Origin: a virus
Taxonomy: Duplodnaviria; Caudoviricetes
Length of the DNA: 40,547 nucleotides
Virus record (IMG/VR): IMGVR_UViG_3300049792_000058
Location: 1-40,547 of that record
Reading direction: 5' to 3' (one strand)
Below, one piece after another: positions 25,901 through 35,211 of the stretch. The notes below the pieces were generated by a model. The model did not search any database and had not been told where the DNA came from. It saw only the letters and a program-made list of their open reading frames with translations. Position 1 is the first letter of the stretch. The number at the start of each line of letters is the position of its first letter. A program made the translations under genes and the position numbers.

Positions 25901-26596
25901 GGCATAGCCGAGGAGCGACCCCACGGCGGAGCCGATCCGCCCGGGCGCCGCCTTCGTGACCAGCTTGCCCGCGCCCCGGAACACCACATCCCCGAGCGCA
26001 AACATGCCCGTGAGCGCCGCCACGTTGCTGAGCTCCATCGGGCGCTCTTCCAGCCAGGCATCGTCATACTCCTGGTAGGCGGCGTTCACCCCGGAGTTAG
26101 CCAGGATGCCGCCCACGGTGCCGGTGAGGAGCGCTGGCCCAGCAGGCGCGAGCGCGACCCCGAGCGCCGCGGCGGGTGCAGCAGCCAGGCCCGTGCCGAT
26201 GCCGGCAAGGGTCGGGTGCGCCTCGCGGACCAGGCGCGCGTCCTCCCCATAGGCATGGGGGAAGATGCGGTTATCGCCCGGGGTGACCCCCTCCTCCGTG
26301 TCGGTGAGCCCGGCGGGGGTGGCGCCGAACCCGGTCGCGCTGGTGATGGCGCTCTTCGTCGCCTCGATGGCCGGCGAGAGCACTTGCCCCATCATGCCGA
26401 CGCCGCGCTCGGCGGCTTGCCCGATGGCCTGTAGCCCCGTGCCTTCGCTCGCGCCCGCTACGGCGGCGGCGTGGTCGACGGACTTGTTATGTAGTTCGAT
26501 GTCGGCAGGCGTCGCCGGGATGAGGTTGTCCTTCTCCGCCTGTAGGTCTGAATCGTACTCCCAGAGCTGGCCCTGGTCGTCCTTGTAGAAGCCCAT
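22958..26596 (-). CDS. Large internal virion/ejection protein with an ADP-ribosyltransferase domain (1212 aa)
   Basis: Third of three large Ala/Gly-rich genes after the nozzle; hydrophobic segments; LYRG..SAS..A..F..EMEVLIP..RF.I at about 23860-24150. Confidence 0.75.
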   Translation of the reverse strand: MGFYKDDQGQLWEYDSDLQAEKDNLIPATPADIELHNKSVDHAAAVAGASEGTGLQAIGQAAERGVGMMGQVLSPAIEATKSAITSATGFGATPAGLTDTEEGVTPGDNRIFPHAYGEDARLVREAHPTLAGIGTGLAAAPAAALGVALAPAGPALLTGTVGGILANSGVNAAYQEYDDAWLEERPMELSNVAALTGMFALGDVVFRGAGKLVTKAAPGRIGSAVGSLLGYAPEKGAAGAAGVAERNIVAEAQGQLDKGGLSSGRRVAQSVGAASAAEMDEPFDAAIRTMSPRDAAVLARDAEDTLPLISMHSADAVTRLNNGLSESLGNNLRYADMKIGADAWTPKVLEAQSKWLTDIADQGEAVTTSIREFTRGNPDALDFGNLGKQAAADIESFTHRIMKEPDGGERNILLNAFKQRMDKNMMKIDASFNTDATTREELKSILRPLFGKEGEIRKGLENPKLFGSNAVLQKSLNRPWAGLLEHWSAFQNKLLEATGHIKYDDASAGRITKESTAKRLMAVYGEDPRMVRELGAHIDGALDNMQGLIEARQAHGITGKDGLESMLEDIRNFKEEWNLASTVGVAKNRVAAMKRDPKQWASAIANLAERTPVVGQAFGAVRTLGKVMESTHLEKGTPLADVWDQAYKRFARHEAWGDPSYSANYADWIQDALRERGAPIAPRGPGGGLGGAVKQAVSDHGNKVAGAGLFAAGAAQADGEGDDGGNAGALGAAAGGLALALGGKGLMGKVSLQSDPSIAAPWYKALRKAGTTAAKALPEAESDAVSKWVLKNATTTKLDPHLLKAVERLAIDNPTAHGPLYRGLRMSPAEIDKLAAAGEYTTSGVESASYRHGVARSFADKYRAGSPVMLRINTLDKGADVSHFGGLGEMEVLIPPEKRFKILGRGELEDGTPVLDLEQATSPAEGQASAADMPPEPPPPERPTPESQSPDVRYREAMKGIAAGGDALVRQRASDALRRNPPKTKDPLTLFTGKRSLDDAVDQARDTIAELGSDPEALIERLAGSTGALSQTHPSVYMALVGKANQLVSYLQQNVPPRVGKTLLDPEGMPPSADRSLDFAYRFVGSTMPAQAMRDIAGSNAPPEEVLAFQQNWGELWEPLRAEMLGQVQRMYEAGRGMDSERLRRLDSLLGMNGQLDPSASVEVGQQMLAAQDQQSSKAQSASQSVGTGAQSGTVASGFRTRLAALQAGANA

Positions 26597-28971
26597 TACT
26601 GGTCAATCCTGCCCGTCACCTGGCGCCGAGCGCCCTGCTTGTCCGCCGTGTACGGCGCGTTGTTCTGATACTTCCAGGCGGCTCGCACGGGCGCGTTCGT
26701 GCCGCTCTCGATGGCGAGCTTGCGCTCCTCGATGTGCTCCCGGAGCGCCCGGAGCTTCTCGGCCGCGTCCTGGTCGCGCTTCGGCTGATCGATGCCGGCG
26801 AGCCTCACCTGGTTGGTCTCTCCGTTCGGCTCGGTCTTCCAGCCTTCGCGCGAGCCCACCTCTACCGCGGTCCACGCGTCGGCGAGTTTCCGGTCCCGCT
26901 CATCGCTCGGGGTGAGCTTGTCGACCACGTTCCACCAGGGCCCGGTGGCGGTCGTATCGTAGGGGTCCTTGCCCGGGCCCTTCGGGTTGTCATCGGTCGG
27001 CACCCGGGCGGGGTAGCGGCCGTGCTCATCGGGGCGGACGCCGTACGCGCTCTCGAGCGTGCGGAGGTTTTCCTCCAGCTTGGAAATCTGCCCCATCTCC
27101 TTCGTGAGCGTCGCCATCTGGCCCCGGTCGGCGGTGCTCTTGGGGTCGTATTTCGCGGCGTAATCGCGACGCGCTTCCGGGGAGGCGTCCTCCGCCCCGA
27201 CGGGCGCGAGCGTGTGGTCGAGCGCGCCCGGCGGCACGGGCTTCGGAGCGGCGTACTTGATGTTGAGCCGCTCCTTCTCCTTGTCGGCGATGAGCTGCGC
27301 GTCCTTCTGCCCAGCGTCCAGGATGGCCTGGCTCTTCGCCATCGCCTGAGCCTGGAGGTCGACATTCTCGATCTTCTGGGCTTGGATCTGCAGGAGCCCC
27401 GCCGCGGCCTGGCGCGCTTCCAGACGGGAGGCGGCCTCCCCACTTTCGGCGCTCCCGAGTTTGCGCGTCCAGAAGGCAACCCGGTTGTTGCTCTGGTGCT
27501 CGCCGCGCGTGAGCGCGTCCTTCTGAATGTCCACGTCCCTCGTGATGGCCCGCTCGAGCAGGCTGGTCGGGTCCGTGTGGATGCCCACCGTCTCCTGCAT
27601 GCCCTGGCCAATGGCGTGAATGATGGTCGCGACGAAGCCCATCACGGCGCTCCCGGCGCTCATGTTCTTGACGTAGCGCTTCGGATCGATCTCCTGGATG
27701 GGCCGGTTCACCTCGCGCTCGATGTTGGCGCTCACCTCCGCCTGGATCTTCTCCTGCTTGGCGATCTGGGTGAGCGCGTCCTTCTGGTCCATGAGGTGGT
27801 GTTGCTCGACCACCCCCATCGCCTCCTGGCGCCCGGCGATGCGGGCCGCGGCCGTCTGCTGCTCGATGGCCATCGCCTGGTGCGTGCGGTCCATCACGTC
27901 GCGCTGCTTGGCTTCGATCTCGGAAGCGCTGAGCGGCACCCCTTGGATCTCTGCTACTGAAGGAGCGAGCCCGCCGATCTGGCCGGGGATACCCCCCGGT
28001 AAGCCTCGGGGAGCCGCCCCAGGAGCCGCTGTAGGCGACCCCCCGAGTCGGTTGCCGGGTGCTCCGGTCTGCTGGGCGTACTTGGTGTCGCCGACTTGGC
28101 GCACCTCCCCATTGGTGATTTTCCCATCGTGGTTCAGGTCGAGCCCTTGGTTCTGCTCCCAGACCTTGCCCGATCGGACGTCCCCCTTCATCTCGGTGGA
28201 GTCCTTCTCCCCGAGCACGAAGTCGTCCCCTTCGCCCGCGAACGCCGGCATGAAGGTGCCCTTGTAGTAGTCCCCGGGGCTGCTGTCGGGGGTGAGCCCC
28301 TTGCCCTTGTAGTAGGCGACCACGAACGGGATTTGCTCCTCCGCGCTCAGCTTGTGGACCGCGTCATCCCAGGTCACCTCCGGTTGCCCCGCGGCCTTCG
28401 CCACGGCGGGCCAGCCCGCTTTGCTGAACTGAATCAACCCCCCGTGTTGGCCCGTGTCCTTGTTCACGGCGGAAGGATTCCAGCCGCTCTCATGGCTGAT
28501 GATGGAGCCGAGCGCGTCGGGGTTGAGCCCGGCTTCCGTCGCTTGAGCCCGAAGCGCGTTGGCGACCTGTGGGGTCGCCTGCTGCTCCCAGGCGCTCGAT
28601 GCCTTCGCCGGCGCGGCGGGCGCGTCGGGCTTGGACGGGTCGTTGACGGTCACCGCCGGGCGCTGGAGCTCGGGGCGGGCCACCTCGGAGGGAGCGAGCG
28701 GGCGCGGCGTGACGTCCGGCCGCGGCGCGTTCGCCTCGAGCGCGGGCTTGCCCGGTAGGTCCGTGATGCCGAGCTCGGCGGCGTAATCGCTCGGGCGCGC
28801 CGTCGGATCGTTGACCTGGTCGTTGGCCGCCAGGAGCTCACGCGCCTCCTGGGGGTCTCCTTGCCCATACATCCGCGTGCCGTCCTCATGGGTCCAGTTC
28901 CCGGTCCCAAAATAGTCATCGTTCGGATCGGTGATATCCGGATCGGGCTCGAAAGACTTAAAGCGCGGCAT
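26596..28971 (-). CDS. Ejection protein with a lytic transglycosylase (SLT-like) domain (791 aa)
   Basis: IISHESGWNPSAVN..GGLIQF..EQ..V..Y..NQGLDLNHDGKIT at about 28080-28575. Confidence 0.8.
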   Translation of the reverse strand: MPRFKSFEPDPDITDPNDDYFGTGNWTHEDGTRMYGQGDPQEARELLAANDQVNDPTARPSDYAAELGITDLPGKPALEANAPRPDVTPRPLAPSEVARPELQRPAVTVNDPSKPDAPAAPAKASSAWEQQATPQVANALRAQATEAGLNPDALGSIISHESGWNPSAVNKDTGQHGGLIQFSKAGWPAVAKAAGQPEVTWDDAVHKLSAEEQIPFVVAYYKGKGLTPDSSPGDYYKGTFMPAFAGEGDDFVLGEKDSTEMKGDVRSGKVWEQNQGLDLNHDGKITNGEVRQVGDTKYAQQTGAPGNRLGGSPTAAPGAAPRGLPGGIPGQIGGLAPSVAEIQGVPLSASEIEAKQRDVMDRTHQAMAIEQQTAAARIAGRQEAMGVVEQHHLMDQKDALTQIAKQEKIQAEVSANIEREVNRPIQEIDPKRYVKNMSAGSAVMGFVATIIHAIGQGMQETVGIHTDPTSLLERAITRDVDIQKDALTRGEHQSNNRVAFWTRKLGSAESGEAASRLEARQAAAGLLQIQAQKIENVDLQAQAMAKSQAILDAGQKDAQLIADKEKERLNIKYAAPKPVPPGALDHTLAPVGAEDASPEARRDYAAKYDPKSTADRGQMATLTKEMGQISKLEENLRTLESAYGVRPDEHGRYPARVPTDDNPKGPGKDPYDTTATGPWWNVVDKLTPSDERDRKLADAWTAVEVGSREGWKTEPNGETNQVRLAGIDQPKRDQDAAEKLRALREHIEERKLAIESGTNAPVRAAWKYQNNAPYTADKQGARRQVTGRIDQ

Positions 28972-28979
28972 GCCGGCCC

Positions 28980-30914
28980 TTACTTGGTGAGGTAATCGAA
29001 AGCATACTCGCCGCCCTTTTCCGCCACCTTGCCACCCACGCCCCAGGCCAGCTTCTCCGCCGGGCTCATGGGAGCATTCGTCTTGGTGTTGAAGATGCTC
29101 GCGTTCGGCGCCTGGCGCGCGTTGATGCCGCTCTGCCAGTTGGTGTTGTAGGTGTTGGCCGCGTCCTGCGCCTGGCCCTCCAGGATGACGCCCTGGTTGT
29201 TGGCGCTGTTGGCGTAGTCCAGGCCCTGGCTGGTGGCTTCGTTGGCGAGCTTGCCGTAGCCGAGGCCCGCGTCCAGGCGCATCTGCTGCCCGGCCATCAC
29301 GCGGTCCGCGTTCGATGTCGCCCCGGTGAGGTCCTGGCCGCGCAGCTGCGCGTTGATGCTGTTCAGGTTGGCCTCCTGCTGCAGGCTCTGTCCACGCGCG
29401 CCGAGCTGGGTCGTCTGGTTGCCCTGCAGCAGGCCCGCGTCCTGGTTGCGCATGCTCACCCCCGCGCTCTGGTCGCCCTGTAGGGCGCTCAGGTCCTGGC
29501 CCCGGGTCTGCATCGCGGCTTGCGCCCGGAGCTGCTCGAGCTGCGTCTGGGTGCTCTGGTTGGCCATACTCGCGCTCAGGTCCTGGCCGCGCGCGCCGAG
29601 CTGCGTGCCCTGGTCACCCTGAAGCGCGGAGAGGTCCTGGCCCCGGTAGCTCAGGTCCTGGCCCCGCTGGGCGGTGCTCATCTCGCCGCCGAGCCCGATC
29701 GCCGAGAGCTGCCGATTCTTGAGCATGTCGGCTTCTTGCGCCCGGAGCGTCGCCAGCTGCCCCGCCGTGTCGCTCATCACCGCCGAGCCTTCGCTCATCG
29801 CGCCCCGGAGCGCTTGCGCTTGCGAGCCCGCCCCGCCGCGCCCCGAGCGAGCCGCCCCGATGAGCTGCCCCATGTTGTCGGCCTGGGCCTGCTTCAGCTG
29901 GGCCTCCGCCATGGACGGCCCTTCCGGACCGTCCAGAAAGCCCTCCAGGCGCGAGAGCATGTTGCCCTGGCTCTGGCTGCTCTGCCCCATCGTGCCGAGA
30001 TTGCCCGCCACGTTTCCGGGCGCGGCTCCGTTCTGAATGTCCCCGACCCCACCCACCTGGTAGCCGGCGCCGAGCTGCCCCGCCACCTGCCCCGGGCGCG
30101 CGAGCCCATTGGGGTTGATGTCGGCGGGGTTGGCGAAGCTCTGCCCCGCCACGCGTTGACCGAAGCTGAAGCCCGGCGCAGCCGCGGCGGGAGCGGCCGC
30201 GGGGGCCGCCGCGCCCGTGGGGTTGCGGGTGGTTTTCGCCCCGCCGAGCAGCCCTTCCATCGCATATCCGCTGCCCCCGCCCGGGCCGATGTTGGAGAGG
30301 TTCGGCGCGGGTGGCGCGCCGACCTGCGTCGCGGCGCCGCCCACCTGGGGCACGCCCATCGAGAAGCCCTGCCCGGCGCGGTTGTAGGTGTTGGCCGTGG
30401 CCGTCTGGTTACGGTTCACCTGCTGGCCCGCGGCGCCGAGCGCCTGGCCCTGCTGGCGGGCACGGGCCATCTGCTCGGTGATGCTCTCCTGCAGACTGAA
30501 ATCCTTCACGTTGCCTCCTGCTCCGCCGCTGCTGCTTTGAACTGTGGGGACGGGTTTGACGGCGGGCGCCTTCTGGGCGCCGGACGCGTCCAGGCCATAT
30601 TTCGCCGCCGCGACCCCCATCAACGGGTTACCCGTGGCGGTGAGCGCGATGCCCGCGAGCGTGCCCGCGGCTGCAGGGACCAGGCCCCAGTCGATCCCCG
30701 CGTGATGGGTATCGGCCAGGTTGCTGGTCCGCATCGTGTCGGCGTTGTTCGCTTGCATCGCCTGGTTGGCGGTCGCGCGCATCGTCGCCATCCGGTCGTC
30801 TTGCTTCTGCAAGAGCGCCTGTTGCTGCGCGAGGGTGAGCGGCGCTTGCGCCGGGGCCTTCACCGCGCTGGGGGCAATGTCCTCATCGCCAAAGAAATTG
30901 TTGGTGGATGCCAT
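28980..30914 (-). CDS. Gln/Gly/Ala-rich ejection or pilot-like protein with RGQDL repeats (644 aa)
   Basis: Likely start ATG 30914 just after the nozzle stop; hydrophobic segment near the N-terminus; repeated RGQDL(S/T). Confidence 0.7.
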   Translation of the reverse strand: MASTNNFFGDEDIAPSAVKAPAQAPLTLAQQQALLQKQDDRMATMRATANQAMQANNADTMRTSNLADTHHAGIDWGLVPAAAGTLAGIALTATGNPLMGVAAAKYGLDASGAQKAPAVKPVPTVQSSSGGAGGNVKDFSLQESITEQMARARQQGQALGAAGQQVNRNQTATANTYNRAGQGFSMGVPQVGGAATQVGAPPAPNLSNIGPGGGSGYAMEGLLGGAKTTRNPTGAAAPAAAPAAAAPGFSFGQRVAGQSFANPADINPNGLARPGQVAGQLGAGYQVGGVGDIQNGAAPGNVAGNLGTMGQSSQSQGNMLSRLEGFLDGPEGPSMAEAQLKQAQADNMGQLIGAARSGRGGAGSQAQALRGAMSEGSAVMSDTAGQLATLRAQEADMLKNRQLSAIGLGGEMSTAQRGQDLSYRGQDLSALQGDQGTQLGARGQDLSASMANQSTQTQLEQLRAQAAMQTRGQDLSALQGDQSAGVSMRNQDAGLLQGNQTTQLGARGQSLQQEANLNSINAQLRGQDLTGATSNADRVMAGQQMRLDAGLGYGKLANEATSQGLDYANSANNQGVILEGQAQDAANTYNTNWQSGINARQAPNASIFNTKTNAPMSPAEKLAWGVGGKVAEKGGEYAFDYLTK

Positions 30915-30919
30915 GGCGG

Positions 30920-33898
30920 TTACTGCTGTTTCACGGCGCGCCGCGCCTTCTTGTTCCGGATGACTTCCAACTGAATGTTCGAAAGCGTCTGAGCCTCGCT
31001 CGGCGCGGCCGCGAGCGCGGTCAGCCGAAACCTCAGCGTGACCCCCTGGCCCTTCCTCCGGCGCGGGTACCACGGGAGCGAGACGGTCTCCTCCACCGCG
31101 TAGGCGGTGCTGATGGTGACGGGCGCCGACACGCACGGGATGTAGTTCTTGCCGTCATCGTAGCTCACATCCACCTCCGCCTTGTGGGAGCCGAGCTTGC
31201 GCCCGGTGGTGACGATGCCGCGGAGGCGGAACCAGCCCTCCGTGCCGGACGGCGCGATGCGGCCCGTGATGACCGTGACGGGAATGAAGGCGGTCGCCGG
31301 GTAGGTGGCGTCCTGCCGATAGACCACCCCGCCGATGACGAGATGCAACCGGCCTAGGTGGGCGGTGATGGCGGTGACGACTCCGGAGCCGTCTCCGATT
31401 TCGTCCAGTGTATCGACGTACCAATCACCGCTTCTAGTATCGACAGAAACCAGCCGTCCAAGAGTGCCTGCTGCATTGACGCAGGCCCACGTGACCGTGC
31501 TATCTGCAGAGCAGACGGCTCCTCCCACGATGACTGGAAAAGCCGCGAGAGTGTCTCTAACTGCTTGAGATAACCACTCGGCAGCTCCTCCCCCTCGAGG
31601 CAGAAGGTATAGACGATCTGGAACGGCTTGAAACCAAGTGCCGGAGGCGGCTGATACCACGCTACGGCTATCATTGACCCCCACACCGTCTCCGGGGATG
31701 GCTCGCGGCGCCTCGAATTCGCCCACTCCTGCGTCATCTGGTCCGACTCCACCAATGACGAATACCGCATCCCGGCTCGCTGCACACTCGATGTCATCCT
31801 GGGAGAATACCGCCGTGAGCTTGCCGCCGATAGTCGCGAAGTGCCCGGGGGTGCCGCTCCAATTGATGGGCTCGCCGGGGAAGAAACGCTTGCTCCGCTG
31901 CAGCTCGCTCGGCGCGGGCAGGCCGCCGACGGTGATGCGGTCACGCCCCGCGCAGAGATAGCGCCCGGGGAAGGGCGCCTCATGCTGGAGCGGGCCCGAT
32001 AACGTGCCGCGCTGGCCCTGGGTGTAGATCACTTCCTGGGTCAGGATCTCGTCATCGCTCGCCAGATCCGTGAGCGTGATGGTCTGGGCGAAAGCGCCCG
32101 TGGGGAAGGCAAACACGGTCCGGCGCTTGATGCGGTCGGGCGCGCGCCGCGTGCGGTAGAGGATGATCTTGCTCGCCTGGTCGCCGCCCTGGGCGACGCG
32201 GATGCTCTTCGGGGTAGAGACCACCACCGTGCCCGTGTCGTCACTCGCGCCGGTAATCATCTGGAAGTCATCGCTCACCGGGGAGAGATGGCGGTTGCCC
32301 TGCTTATCGTACCAGTCGAACGCGACCGCGTAGACGTAGGTGGACGCGACGGTCAGCAGCCCCGCTCCGTTCGAAGGCGTCGCGCTCAGGATGATCGGCG
32401 CGTCAAAAAAGCCAGCCTCCACCGTGCGGTTGCCGTCCCACACGGCGACATAGCCCCCCGAGATGTAGAGACACCCGCCGAGCGCGGCCGTGCTCCGGCG
32501 CTCCGGGCTCATGGCACGGAAGCGCACCACGACCGGGAAGTCCGCGCAATTCAGGTCCGTCACGGGGAACACCGCCCAGTGCGACTCGCCATCCGTCGCG
32601 ACGGAGCCGAGCCAGGTGGGTAGCGCATCGAGCGCGTAGCCGCGGTGGTGGGCCGCTTCGTAGCCGCGCCCGAATTCCACATCGAAGATGCCGGTGAAGC
32701 CCGTGAGCCCGCCCTCCCCGTGCGGAGAGATGACGCCGACGAATTGCCCGTCGGGGCTGACGAAGGGCTTCGATTGACTGCTCACCTCCCGGAAGGTGTT
32801 GGCCGTGACGAGCGCGAGCGTGGCTTCCGTCCGGAGGTCCACCTTCAGCTGGCTATCGAGAGTATCGGGGATGCTCGCCGTGACGATGACTTGCGTGCCG
32901 TTCTTGCGCACGATGCCCGGAGGGCGCGTGCCGAGCGAGCCGCCGAAGAGCGCGACGGGAGCGACCGCGCTCGCGAGCGTGGATGTCGTAAAGCTCTGGA
33001 CCGCGTAGGCGCCCGTGGTTTTCACGTAGGCAACGGTGGTCCGCCCACCGCTCACGGAGACCACGCTCGCTAGGCTGACGTTGGTGTCGGTGAGGGTCCC
33101 CGTGGCTGACACTGAAAGAGCGGTCGTGCAACGGCGGATGGTCGCGACGGATGTATCCGACCGGACCACGAGAAGCAGGAACTCCGAAGCTCCAGATACC
33201 GGAGCAAGATCGATTCCGTCGCCGACGGTGCCGGTGTTGTGCAAGACGGTCTCGGCGGATAGGGCGCTGCTGGTGCCCACCGTGAAGGTGGCGGCCCGCA
33301 CGTCATCTGCCGCGTCCTGCCAACAAAAAACGAACACCGAGCCAACGCCGACCACTCGGGGGTGGGTGCGGCTCGCGACGGTAACGCTGAACAGCGGGGA
33401 TCCGGTGGTGACGTCGAATATGTAAACGTAGACATTGCCCTCCGTCGCATGCCCCTCGAAAACGAGCGCGACATGCCCATCGGCATAGGCCACATCGTAG
33501 AGCTGGTCCTCATCCGTTTTGACGAAAGGCGGCCGGAACACCTCCTCCAGCTCCGTGATGGCGCTGAGCGCGCGCGGTCGGCTGCCCGTGTCCTCCCCCA
33601 CCCACTGGGCGCGAGACTCCGAATAGGTGAACACCTTTTCAGGCCCGGCGGCGCTGGCGTTCGTGGTGCCGAGCGCCAGTAACGTGTCGTTGTGGGAGAC
33701 CAGATCGAACGCGCGGAGCGTGCCCCCCGCAAACGCGCTGGCCGTGAGCGCGGTATAGCCGAGCCGCACGCCGAGCTCGCCGGTGCGCCGGAGCCGCCCG
33801 TTGGTGACCGAACGGAACAGCCCCTCCGGAAGGAGCTTATCGTCCAGGTCCTCCCGGTTGCCCGCGTTCACGGGGATTTGAATCAGTTCAACCGGCAC
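30920..33898 (-). CDS. Tail nozzle/stabilisation-like protein (about 992 aa)
   Basis: GTG 33898 after AGGAG. N-terminus (G..D.KLLP.G....NGR....GEL..R.GY) and β-rich body fit podovirus nozzle proteins; precedes the ejection genes. Confidence 0.7.
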   Translation of the reverse strand: MPVELIQIPVNAGNREDLDDKLLPEGLFRSVTNGRLRRTGELGVRLGYTALTASAFAGGTLRAFDLVSHNDTLLALGTTNASAAGPEKVFTYSESRAQWVGEDTGSRPRALSAITELEEVFRPPFVKTDEDQLYDVAYADGHVALVFEGHATEGNVYVYIFDVTTGSPLFSVTVASRTHPRVVGVGSVFVFCWQDAADDVRAATFTVGTSSALSAETVLHNTGTVGDGIDLAPVSGASEFLLLVVRSDTSVATIRRCTTALSVSATGTLTDTNVSLASVVSVSGGRTTVAYVKTTGAYAVQSFTTSTLASAVAPVALFGGSLGTRPPGIVRKNGTQVIVTASIPDTLDSQLKVDLRTEATLALVTANTFREVSSQSKPFVSPDGQFVGVISPHGEGGLTGFTGIFDVEFGRGYEAAHHRGYALDALPTWLGSVATDGESHWAVFPVTDLNCADFPVVVRFRAMSPERRSTAALGGCLYISGGYVAVWDGNRTVEAGFFDAPIILSATPSNGAGLLTVASTYVYAVAFDWYDKQGNRHLSPVSDDFQMITGASDDTGTVVVSTPKSIRVAQGGDQASKIILYRTRRAPDRIKRRTVFAFPTGAFAQTITLTDLASDDEILTQEVIYTQGQRGTLSGPLQHEAPFPGRYLCAGRDRITVGGLPAPSELQRSKRFFPGEPINWSGTPGHFATIGGKLTAVFSQDDIECAASRDAVFVIGGVGPDDAGVGEFEAPRAIPGDGVGVNDSRSVVSAASGTWFQAVPDRLYLLPRGGGAAEWLSQAVRDTLAAFPVIVGGAVCSADSTVTWACVNAAGTLGRLVSVDTRSGDWYVDTLDEIGDGSGVVTAITAHLGRLHLVIGGVVYRQDATYPATAFIPVTVITGRIAPSGTEGWFRLRGIVTTGRKLGSHKAEVDVSYDDGKNYIPCVSAPVTISTAYAVEETVSLPWYPRRRKGQGVTLRFRLTALAAAPSEAQTLSNIQLEVIRNKKARRAVKQQ

Positions 33899-34517
33899 GG
33901 GGCAACGGCTCCTGTTCGAGACGGCGCGCGGCGATCTCGCAATAGCGCTCTTCCATCTCGATGCCGATGGCGTGTCGGCCGAGGTCGCGCGCCGCCTCGA
34001 GGGTGGCGCCGGACCCGGCACATGCGTCAACGATTGACCCGGTGCTCCCACGGAGCAGCGCGATCATCAGCCCCACCGGCTTTTCATGCGGGTGTCGACG
34101 GTCGCGCATCCGCCGGATAGGCGAGATGCTTAGCACGCTGGGGGTGCCGGGGCGGTTCACCCACCGCCCGCGGCAATAGACCATTTCGTGCTGCCAGCGC
34201 CACGGTGAGCCGAGCCCCGGGGAGCGCTTGTCCCATACCAACCGATAATCCCAGATGCCTGGCGGTTCGGATCGCCGAGGGGAACCGAACACCACCGCGG
34301 GGCGGGAGCCCCACGTTTCGAGCACCGCGTCGCGCACGGAGGTGTCTGCGTCATTGGCTATCGTCTGGAGCCCCAGCTGTCGGCGGCCATAGCCGCCGTG
34401 CTCGCCGGTTCCGTACGGGGGATCGAGACAAAGCATGTCAGCGCTGAGCCCCGGCAAAATCTCGCGGCAATCGCCGTGGTAGATGGTGATGCCCGCGTGC
34501 TCGTAATAGGGCTTCAC
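33888..34517 (-). CDS. DNA methyltransferase, N6-adenine/N4-cytosine β-class (209 aa)
   Basis: IYHGDCREIL, DPPY, HPHEKP, DACAGSG.TL, IGIE...YCEIA. Confidence 0.92.
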   Translation of the reverse strand: MKPYYEHAGITIYHGDCREILPGLSADMLCLDPPYGTGEHGGYGRRQLGLQTIANDADTSVRDAVLETWGSRPAVVFGSPRRSEPPGIWDYRLVWDKRSPGLGSPWRWQHEMVYCRGRWVNRPGTPSVLSISPIRRMRDRRHPHEKPVGLMIALLRGSTGSIVDACAGSGATLEAARDLGRHAIGIEMEERYCEIAARRLEQEPLPRAG

Positions 34518-34747
34518 TCGTACCTCGATGAGGGAGGCGGAGGCGGCCGGGCCGCTTTGCGGATTTGGGTCTGCTGTAGCTGCACGTCCCGCCAGGTGAT
34601 GGGCTGCGTGTCCTCCGGGTCGACATCGAGCGGCTTGCGCTTCAGCTTGCCCACCAGGGTTTTCACGGCGCCCGCCAGGCTGGTCGCGCCGTCCACCACG
34701 GTGAGGGCCAGGCTGATGGCGCGCGGGATGAGCGCTACCCAGCTCAC
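34514..34747 (-). CDS. Small membrane-associated protein in the lysis cassette (77 aa)
   Basis: GTG overlaps the endolysin stop; hydrophobic/amphipathic N-terminus. Confidence 0.55.
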   Translation of the reverse strand: MSWVALIPRAISLALTVVDGATSLAGAVKTLVGKLKRKPLDVDPEDTQPITWRDVQLQQTQIRKAARPPPPPSSRYE

Positions 34748-35211
34748 GGGCGCTCTCCCTGGAAGTGCCACGGGTCTACCAGCGGATGCGTCTTGGGGCC
34801 GTGGATGCGCCGGTAGCGCTGGACGTACTGCTCGATTTCATCCTGCAGGTTGTCCGTGTCGAGCTCGGAAAGGTAGCGGTCCCACACCGCCCCGCACACG
34901 AGCGGAGTGGCGAGCGCGACGGATGCCAGCTTCATGGCCGTCGCCACGGCGGGCGCGAGCGGCATCTGCCATTGGAGCCGCCCTCCCACATAGGGGACCA
35001 GATCGACCGCGTCCCCGGTGAGGTGGTAGCTATCGAGCGTGCGGCTGGCCCCGGAGGCCAGGAGCAGCTTCTGGCGCGCGATGGTGCGCACGCCTTCGAA
35101 CGCGCCGAAGTCCTGCGTGGTGGTGGTGATGGCGCGCCGCACGCAGGACACGATGGGCGGGCGGACGCCGACCAGCGCGGTCTCGCTCGAGGCGCCGAGG
35201 CGGAACGTCAT
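34744..35211 (-). CDS. Endolysin, M15-family peptidase (155 aa)
   Basis: EGVRT..RQ..L, S.H..GDAVD and D..HFQ Zn-peptidase motifs. Confidence 0.88.
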   Translation of the reverse strand: MTFRLGASSETALVGVRPPIVSCVRRAITTTTQDFGAFEGVRTIARQKLLLASGASRTLDSYHLTGDAVDLVPYVGGRLQWQMPLAPAVATAMKLASVALATPLVCGAVWDRYLSELDTDNLQDEIEQYVQRYRRIHGPKTHPLVDPWHFQGERP

